A stretch of 64,000 bases of DNA, taken from contig LSRY02000003.1 of assembly GCA_001643675.2 (NCBI GenBank), positions 1,426,001-1,490,000 on the forward strand, in the 5' to 3' direction. Of the stretch, positions 24,820-34,300 are shown one piece after another; positions within the stretch are counted from its first letter, which is position 1; each line of letters starts with the position of its first letter. The position numbers and the translations under genes are program-made. The notes under the pieces are model-generated. The model ran no database searches, was not told the DNA's origin, and worked only from the letters and a program-made list of their open reading frames with translations. Source of the DNA: Monocercomonoides exilis PA203. Its lineage: Eukaryota > Protista > Preaxostyla.

Positions 24820-26955
24820 CCCCGCATAGCACATCGCATTTGACACAATCTGTATTGCTGCATAGTCACGTAACTACCAAATGAATTTTTTTATCATTTC
24901 TGAAAATGAAATTCTATCTGGCATCTGAACCGGTACACTTTTTTTATCAATTATTTTAGTCGAAATCACTCAACTTTTTTCATATTCGATATCTCACCAT
25001 TCACAATCTTCTGCCCCGCCACCTCAGCCTCATACTCTCCAAATGGAATCTTCAGTGTCAGGCACTCCCACAGCATCATCCCGATCGAGAACACCGCAGA
25101 CTCCTTTGTTGCCCCGAATTTATTGTTGATCAGCAGTTCCGGCGCCTTCCATCTCACACACTCCTTCCTGTTGTCATCCTCATCCTCAAAAGCTGATGAA
25201 GGCAGAGAGTCATCATCATCATCACTTGCAGATGTTACAATCGTGGATGAAGAAATTGAAGATGAATCTGAATCGGAAGAGGAGCAATCTGAGTACATCG
25301 CAATGCAGATCACCATGTGCTCCGAGAACAGTACAATGTGTGGACTCAGATTGGCCAGTGAAGATAATCCGTTTTCCATCTCATCAAAGGAGTGAAGTGC
25401 AAGATTGGCCACCCAGAACAAGACCCGGGCAGCTGTCATCTCTCTTTCCTTCAAACTCCCAATTGCCATCTCTTTCTTCTCATTCCTTCCATGCAGCAGC
25501 ATGAACAGCGAATCCCTCAAGTCCACAATCAGCTTCTCATGAGGTGATGAGCAGGCCATTGCATCCACCAGATTTGACATGGACGAGGTGGTTGGGCACA
25601 GATCCTCCCCTCGAATAAATGTTGAATCTGAATCTGTGGTTGAAGTTGTTGAAGTGGATGAGATTGAAGGTGAAGGAGTTCGCTTTCTTGTCTCTTCCTC
25701 TTCATCCTTCTCCAATGCCCATTGAGGAATCTTGTCTGAATCTTTTCCCAATATGTTTTCAGTGGAGCCACTCTCAGATAGAAGGTACTCTTCAGATTCT
25801 GAATGCACCATTTTCTTTCCATATACTCTCTTCTTTATCCTCTCTTCATTCTTCTTCTCTGCCTATCTTTCTGCTCTCCTCCACTGCTCCTCAGGCGACA
25901 TCTCCATCGTCACCACCTCAAATGCCTTCGGATTCTTTTTCACTGTGTCATTCACAATCTCCTCCAATTCCTTTGTTCTTCTCTTTTGTTTTCTCCATCT
26001 GACTGCAAATATCACAGAAACAATGATTACAAACAATAAAACAACAACTCAAACAACAACAGCAATCGGCCAAAATGATTTTCCTTCTTTTCCTCCCTCA
26101 ACAATTCTTTCATTTCCACTTGACTGACTTTCACTTCTGTTCTTCACAATAAATGGCTCTGTTGATGAAGGAGAATCAGCTTTTCCAAACGCAATCCACA
26201 CACTCACTTCCGTCTCTTCTCTCACTTTCTCCAATTCTGAACATGAAATAACTGAGCGAATCTCATTCTCTGAAACAAACCCTTCTTCTTCAATCCCTTT
26301 TCTCACAATCTCCTCTTCATCCCCATTTTTCATGCTGATCTTCAGAGACAATTTGTGAGGAAGAAGCAGCTTCCCACGAATGCTCAAGTCCATGTCCCCA
26401 CTCGCCTGTGTTGTGCTCTTCACTTCTTCCAAGACAGGGATGAAAAATGATGATCCTCTTTCACTCGCGATTCCTCCCAATTGACATCCCTCATCCAATA
26501 TCCGCAGAGATGTGTTTTTCTCCATTCCTTCTCCCCCTTTAAAACCCATCTCCTTCAGATTTATCTCTTCCTATTACACTCTCTTCAACAACAATCATCA
26601 CGCTCATGAAATCAGAAGTCAGATGCACCAGCCCATGCTCAATTGAATAACATGGAAGTGTGTTTGTTCCACACTGTTTTTCGTTTGATCCATTCACGCT
26701 GCTCACAATAATCGTATCACTTTGATGAATTGTTACAAATCCATTCAAATCCGTATCGCTGTGGTGTTCGCAATAATCTTTTCCATTAATTGCATTATTA
26801 CGAGTGTTATGTCCCTCTCGAAGATCAAACAGAAATTGACTTTCATTGATCTGGGATGTGATGTTGTAACAATCAATGAAAATACATTCCTCATGCTGGT
26901 TGTGTCTGTATCTAACTTCATCTTCACAAATGCAAAATTCATTTTTTCTCTTCAT
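24820..26955 (-). pseudogene. Second copy of the receptor-like pseudokinase, with its own diverged, degenerate C-terminus
   Basis: Same TM and juxtamembrane stops as the left copy. The 281-aa kinase-like ORF 24966-25811 is open. Beyond the arm a different degenerate tail reads DRISFSEMIKKFIW*LRDYAAIQIVSNAM. Confidence 0.8.
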
Positions 26956-27691
26956 TTCGTTGCCTGAAACATTTCTCCTCTATTTTCTTTGCTGTTGCTG
27001 TGTTAACAGGAGCTTTGTTTTCATACGCATCTCTCTTTGGAAGAAAGATAATAAAATTTTTCATGTTTTATCAAAAATTTTAATAAAACAATGTTAATAA
27101 TTAAAAAGAATGTTTCACACGATTTGTTTGTTCTTCTTTATTCATTGGCACCATAGTTTAATAATAATATCCTTGTGCAGCATGCAAATAATCTTCCTAA
27201 AAATCATAATCAAAAATTGTAAAGAATTGAATGAAATGTTAATAATCATTTAGTGCACACTTTTATAATATTTCTAAACATTTGATTTGTTATATGTTCG
27301 CAAGCGAGGGTTCTATTCTTGACGAAAGAAACTAATTTCTTATTTTTTGGATATTAAAAATTTAATTGTGGGAATGATCAAAATATTTTAATTTTTAAAT
27401 TTATTTTTTTTTATGTTTTATTTCCCAAATCATTATTATTAAAATAGGACAATATAATAATAAATAACATTTTATCTACTTTTTATTTCATAATTATCTT
27501 GTTTTATTTATTTTTTGAAAAAATACTCATATTTATGGGTCATTTTTTAAAATAGTTTTTTCACGAGAAACAAAAATTTTTGCGAAAAATCGGTCCATAC
27601 AAAAGTTTTTAAATAATTTTTGCATTTCAAACATCACAAAATTAATGTCTAAAAACAAGAATTGCAAAAGGGACGCAGTTACACCTATGCC
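24975..27691 (-). repeat. Right arm of the 2.7-kb inverted repeat
   Basis: The ORF track mirrors the left arm (e.g. 26539-26955 vs 20241-20657; 26049-26549 vs 20647-21147). Confidence 0.97.
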
Positions 27692-27972
27692 TGTTTCTCT
27701 TTCTTCTTTTCAATCTAAACCTTCTTCTTTTTCTTTATATATCAGCCGAAAAACCACAGAATTTTATATCAAAAAAAAATATCGTAGTTTCATCCAATTT
27801 ATATTCGCATAGGTAATTTTTCATTCTGTATAAACAATTTGATGAACAAATAATATATGATTATTATGAATCTTCATCAGCAGAATGGATTCTTCTGTCC
27901 GCAAATGTTTCTATTTTCCATATTTTTCGACATAATAATGATCTTTGTCAAACATTTCAAACGTTATAAAAA

Positions 27973-27974
<2 letters not shown>

Positions 27975-28033
<59 letters not shown>
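27975..28033. repeat. Poly(T) tract, 59 nt
   Basis: Uninterrupted T run. Confidence 0.9.
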
Positions 28034-28036
<3 letters not shown>

Positions 28037-28369
28037 TACTTTGTATTCGTTCAAAAAAATCTATGGGAAACAACTAATATGAAATTCTTTCAGTAGCTTT
28101 ATTTAAGCATCAGGAAATAAGGTTTTAAAAAATGCTGCTATTGTGTTTTTAACCCAACTTTTTGCTTTCTTTTTTATAAGTTATTTATATCATAGTGTAA
28201 ACACACACAGTTTAGTTAAGATATCCTAGGAGAGAAATTTCTAAATTCTATCAAATAATTATTACACAAAAAATTCTGCTTTCCATAATAAAATTTTTGT
28301 TTTTTAATTTGAAAAAACCGTTTGATTGTCCTTTGGAGCGACTATTCATTGTTGAATTAGTATTTACAA

Positions 28370-31300
28370 ATGGATGCAACTACGAAATTTCCTCTACAAG
28401 AGCCTAATCCGCGGGATTTCTCGACTTTTGAGAAATATGAACAGGCTCTATTAAAATGGTCAAAGACCATTGACGAACTTTCAAAGGGACTCTTTTCTTT
28501 TTACAATGTTGTGCAAAAACTGGGAAAAATCGTTTTTTATAGTCAAACTCAAAACAAACACGCAACGAAACAAAAGCGAATTGTTGGTGGAAATGAAGTT
28601 ATAAGGCATCACAGTCTTCAAAAACAATCTGACATATGGGTAAAATTATCATTTCCTATAAGCGAAGGAATTCGCTTCAAATTTGAGGAAGCATTGCTTT
28701 CATTTGATCAGCTAAGTTTAAATGGACTTTTCAATATTCCACCTGTTGTTGATGAATACAAAATTCAACAGCAGCGAGCAATCAGTTATTTAACGCTGGC
28801 AACTTTTCATTATCTGCAGCACCCTAATATTCGAAGTATTGAGTTATTTCGTTGGCTTTTGAATACATTTCCAATTGTCGAAGTTTACGAAAATCATATT
28901 CAAAAAGATTGCATTCGTAAACCACAAAATTACGTGGAGCAAACTACAAGAGTTAATTCATTTTATCTTTCACTTCCTTGCTTATTGGAAGATTTTGTTC
29001 ATAATCTTTCATTTGATCAATTGGTTACAATTGTCAGATCCGCTCAAAATGATTCATCTTTTCCATTATTAAAATCTTTGCAAGGTGCAAAATTATTCAA
29101 TTGTCAGCTTTCGCATTCTTTCTATGCACTTCGCTTGAGTTCTGTTTGTGACACTTCTAAACTGCAACGAAATGCAGATATTTCCATCTCACCTGCTTTA
29201 GATGTTAACATCCAGTGCTTTCGACGTCACTTTCCATCACCAGCTGCTTTTTGTTCTGGCCGAATTGAGGAATATTCTGTTGATTCAGAAAATTCTTTGC
29301 TTTTCCAGTACCCGGAATCAAGCGTCTCAAAAATAGCTAATCATTCAGCTTCATCTGTCACATCATATCCTTCTAACATTTCATCGTCATCATCAACAAC
29401 AACCACAGTTTCTTCTTCTTCGTACAAGTCATTAAAGCAACTCACAACAAGATTCACTGTTGCTGGCAGCCGCTCTCTCTACTCAGCTTTGGTCCATTCG
29501 CTTCTTGTCTGTGTACTTCCCCTCTCCATTCTTGAGCTGCCTATCTTCTTCATTCTTCCTTCTTCTCTTTTTCAAAGTGAAACACATTCAGATTGCAGCA
29601 GCACACACTCAGCCTCTTCATCATCGAAGTCTGCTTCCTCTTCCACAAGCGACTCTTTCAGCCAGGGCGGAAGCATCGCTTTGAAAAGGAAGGACTCAGG
29701 GCCATCGCGAAGAGCGTCTCTGATGCAACCATCGTCTCCTCAACAACAGCTACCTCTTCAACAACAACAACAACAACAGAGCATAAACAACGAGGCAACC
29801 ACTCCATTTCATAGCGCTTCGGACTCCACATCACATGCACTTTCACAAATTGCTACGCTTTCTTCGTCTTCTGATGCTGCTTCGAAATCTTCTTTTTCTG
29901 TTTATTCGGATTCATCATCTACTTCGTCCTCATCTTTATCCTCATCCGCATCCTCATCTTGTTTCAATTCAAATGCGCTTCTTTCAGATGTCTTGTCCAC
30001 TCAGCTGACAGCAAACGCTCTTTCTTTTCTTCTCGTTGCGCCGTCTTTCACTCGCTCGCCTGTGCGGCATCTGACTCTTGTTTTTGCTGCCCAATGCCTC
30101 CTCCTCAAAACAAGCGCTGCTGCCTCGTTGGTTGCTGCTCAAACGAAACAGAGAAAGAGGAAGCAGGAAAGGAAATTGGGGATTGAAGGTGATGACAGAA
30201 AAGAATGCCAGCAGATGATTGAGAAAAGCGGGAGTGAAGAAGCTATTGTACCTTCTTTGAGTGACAATAATATTCTTTCTGAGCAGATTTACACTGGAAA
30301 TGGCATTTCAATGGAAGATAAATTTGGATCTTCTGCAGAATCAGATGGAATGAACCAGAATAAGATGGATGCTCAACTCAACGAGAAATCTTTGCTAAGC
30401 AATGAAATGCAAATAAAGAGGGAAAACACAGGCAATTTCGAAGAAGTAATGAGAGAAAAAGAAACAATAGCTGACAATACAAAACATACTGAAGACAATA
30501 GCAGCAAAGACAAAGACGACAATGAAGAAGGAGACGAAGAAGAAGACGGAAGCACAAAGCGGAAGAGAAAAGCTGCTCGAATTAAGCTGAACAACCAGAA
30601 GAACAAGAAAATTGAGCAAGAGTTCGATAAAGCCGAGATGAACAAGAAGCTTTTCACAGAATTTGTGATGCCGCCGCCTGCGACGAAAGAGGAAGAAGAG
30701 AAAATGATGGCGCAGCTGACTGAACAGGAAATAAAGACACTTTTAGACTCGAAATCGAACTATGATCAGAAAATGATGCAGTTGATGGAGATTTCAGAGA
30801 ATCACAATGACAAAGATGTTTCATCAACATCAGTTTCTTCGTCTTCTTCTTCTTCTTCTTCTTCGAATCAGTCCAAAACCAAACTCTTCTTTGGTAGCTA
30901 TCAAACTGGCATTTCCGTCACATATTTCCATTCTCTCTGCCACATTCTCTCTGTTTCACGTGCTTTTGATGAAAACTCTTCATATCTCTCTTCTTATTCT
31001 TCTCGTTCTGTGCCTTATCATTCCAACCCACCGCCAAATATTCATCAGCCTCCTTCTTATTTCGCCTCCACCTCGTTTTTCCCTTCATCACACTCCGTTT
31101 TCTTCTCTCCTTCTGTCTCTCCTCTCTTCTCCCCTCTGAATGATAATCCAAGCGTCGTTGAATTGGAGTCCATCCGACATTTCTCTGACATCTCATTCAC
31201 TCCCACCACAGCCACTTTCCATCGCCCTGCGCCTTCTCTTCCTCTTGTTGCTCCTTTCTCTCCTTCTCTTTCGTGTGCCCAGAATGAGACAGAATCTGTC

Positions 31301-34300
31301 AATGAACGCATTGGAGGCACGCTGAGGACTATTCGGTCTGTGAGGGAAGACGATGTGGAAGAAGTGAGTGGGAATGCTGCAGCAGTATCAACAGCAGCAA
31401 CAGCGGGTGAAGATAACAAGGTGAATGGAGTGGGAGAAGATGGAAATGGAGTTAACGAAGAAGGAGAAGTGAAAAGACAAGACGCATTGCATTCAGTATC
31501 AACAGAAGAGAAAGCGGGGGATGCTGCAAATGGAGAGAATTCAAACAAAAAGACAATCAGATTGGATCGAATTGAAGCATACATTGCTGCGATGAGCAGA
31601 AGAAAGCCATTCAAAAGCCACTCAGCACACCACTCGAAACAGCAGAGCGCATCTCAAATAGAATCGTCGAGAACAAACAGAGAAGGAAGTTTTGGCATTG
31701 ACGAACAAAATGGTTCAAAGCAATTGAGTTTATCTGCTTCTGCTTCTGCTTCTTCTTCTTCTTCCTCTGTTGATGATCCACTTTTTGCTTCAGATGCATC
31801 CAACACAACAATCACAGTGCCGAGTGTGACTGCATCGCGTGCGTTATCAGAGGACACGACGCTTCTGCTGCTGCTTCTCGAACACAAGCTGCTCAGCTCT
31901 ATCTCTTCTTCTTTCTATCTTTTGATGTTTCGAATGGGCTCTTTGATTCAACAGGCTTTTGAGCCTTTTGTTTCAGTTGATGAAGATTCTGATAGGAATA
32001 ACAGCAATTCATCCATAAATTCATCAACTGAGCAAACAACCTCAACTGAAAATGGAATATCTTCTTTACCAAAAACGAAAGAGCAGACGCAAACAGCTCA
32101 AATGCACACTGCACTGGCAAAGAAGGGATATGAAGTTACGAGCAATCCATTGAAGGCACTTGCACTCGCAAAAAGAACAAGTTCAAACAATTCTCCGCTT
32201 TCTCGTTCAAAAGCGTCTGCTTTTCCGAGTCGATCTCCAGCAGCAACACCTCAACCATCTTTAGAACAACAATTAGATAGAAACAAAACGAGTAACAATA
32301 ACAATGCATCTTCTTCTTCTTCTCCTTCTCCCTCTTCTTTTCCTTTTTCAAATGGAAACACTCCATCACCAGATTCTCCATCTTCATCTCCTCTTCTTGT
32401 CTGGATAAACAAACGTCTCGAGGTTCTCTTGTCTCTCATCCGCTGCTTCAACACACGCGCTTCAATTTATCCTTCTCTTTGCATCGCTCTCTCTGGCAAC
32501 GCCTCCGCCTCTCGTTCTGCATTCATCGCTCTCTTCCACTTCTTCCGCTTATCTTTCTCCAACACCCCATACCCACATCCACTTCAATCTGATCCTTTCC
32601 TTCTTCTCTCTTTCGTCCGCGCTGTCTGCACCAGCCGCTTCTCCCACGTCAGAAAGCAAGTACCCGCCATTTTGCAGTTATATGCAGAGCACAAAGAAGC
32701 GCTTATGCTTCTGTCACGTGGAGTTGTGCTTCATCTTCAGCCGGCTCTGCTGCCAGCGCTGGTTGAAATGGAGCAAAGATATGCACATCTGCCGCTCGGA
32801 GGCAGCGCAGGCTCAACTGGCGACCTTATCCTACAGAACTCGTCAATTGCTGCCCAGATGATACAGCAGATTGCGCTGTTTGAAGGAGAAGAAGGGAATG
32901 TGAGAAGAGGGAGTTCAGTGGCAGTAGGAGGGGCAGGTGGAGGTGTAGGTGGGACAGTTGGAAGAGATTTGGGGATGAGAGATGGGTTTTCTGGGGGAAA
33001 CATGTGGATGAAAGAAGAGCGAAGGAGAGCCACATTTGAAGAGATGAAGAAGATGGGATACAGCTCCACACGCTTCTTCCCAGGTGCGCCTGTTGCTTTG
33101 CCCTCTGGATGGCATCACTCGTCCACAACTCGTCTGCATTCGACTCCATTCATACCGCTTCCTCCAGCAGCATCCGTTTCAGCCTCAGCGGCTGCGGTGG
33201 CGGCTGCGGCTGCAGCAGCATCTGCAGGCTATTCTTCGATGACTCGTTCGGTTTTCTCAAACAAAGAACACACACAAGGATTCAATGGGAGTGGGATAAG
33301 TTATCCTTTTATCTCAGCCACTGGGCAGAGGAAGTGCTATGCAGAGCGGCTGGCAAGAAGCTATGCAACGCGAATGGAGTTGATTCCGAATGAGAAGCTG
33401 TTGGAGAGAGAGATGCGACGAGAAAGAGAATGTAGAAGAGCAGAAGAGAGAGAAAGAGAAAGGGAAAGAGACAGAGATAGAGAAAACGACAAGGATCACT
33501 TGCTGTTTGGAAGAGCAGGCGATGAAGAATCATCAGAAATGCCTTCAAAATCACCGCCGCGGATGAAAAAGAAGAGTCTGAATGCTTCTTCTCCTTATCA
33601 CAACCTGTCTGTCATTTCGCCTTCGCCTTCTGCGTCTTCCATTTCATCACGTGCGCCTTTTGGCTCTCAGTCCTCCCCCACCTCACCCCGCCCTCTGAAC
33701 GATGCATCCTCTGAATCTGCCTCCAGAAATAGCTCAAACCTCACAAACAACTCAAACTTCACTCGCTCGCTTCGTCCAAACAGCAAAACCGCCTCAATTG
33801 CCACACCATTCACAGCCAATGCTCCTCGCAAGACGCCTTCACCCATTCAGCAGCCCATTCATTCGGTCACTCCCCTCTCTTCCCCACACAAACACCACAC
33901 TTCATTCCCTCTTTCGCTGCCTTTCCCTGCCCCTCGCTCTCAGCACTCTTCGGCCACAAAGCACAAATCCCATCTTTCTCTCGACGTGGCTGTCTCTTTC
34001 CCTTCTTCTCATCCTCTTGTCTCCCCCATCGGCTTCCACCCTTCCTCCATCTTCTCTTCTCACTGCCCTCCTCCTCTCACATCCAACCTTCCCAGCGCCT
34101 CTTCCACACCCAGAAGCCTTCATCAGCGCCAGCATTCGCTTCCTTCTCCTCCGGTCACACCAAAATCTCGCCCTCTTTCGAACACTCACTGGCAGCTTCA
34201 GGACAAAAACGCAAGCACACCACAGGCAAATTCGCCTCTTCTGCAGTCTTCTGGCTTTTCTGCTTCAAAGGGACACACAATGCAGTCACAACAACAACAG

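Noticed and set aside
19497-27699. Target-site duplication around the large palindrome
   Set aside because: The flanks GAAATGAG and TGTTTCTC are not direct repeats.
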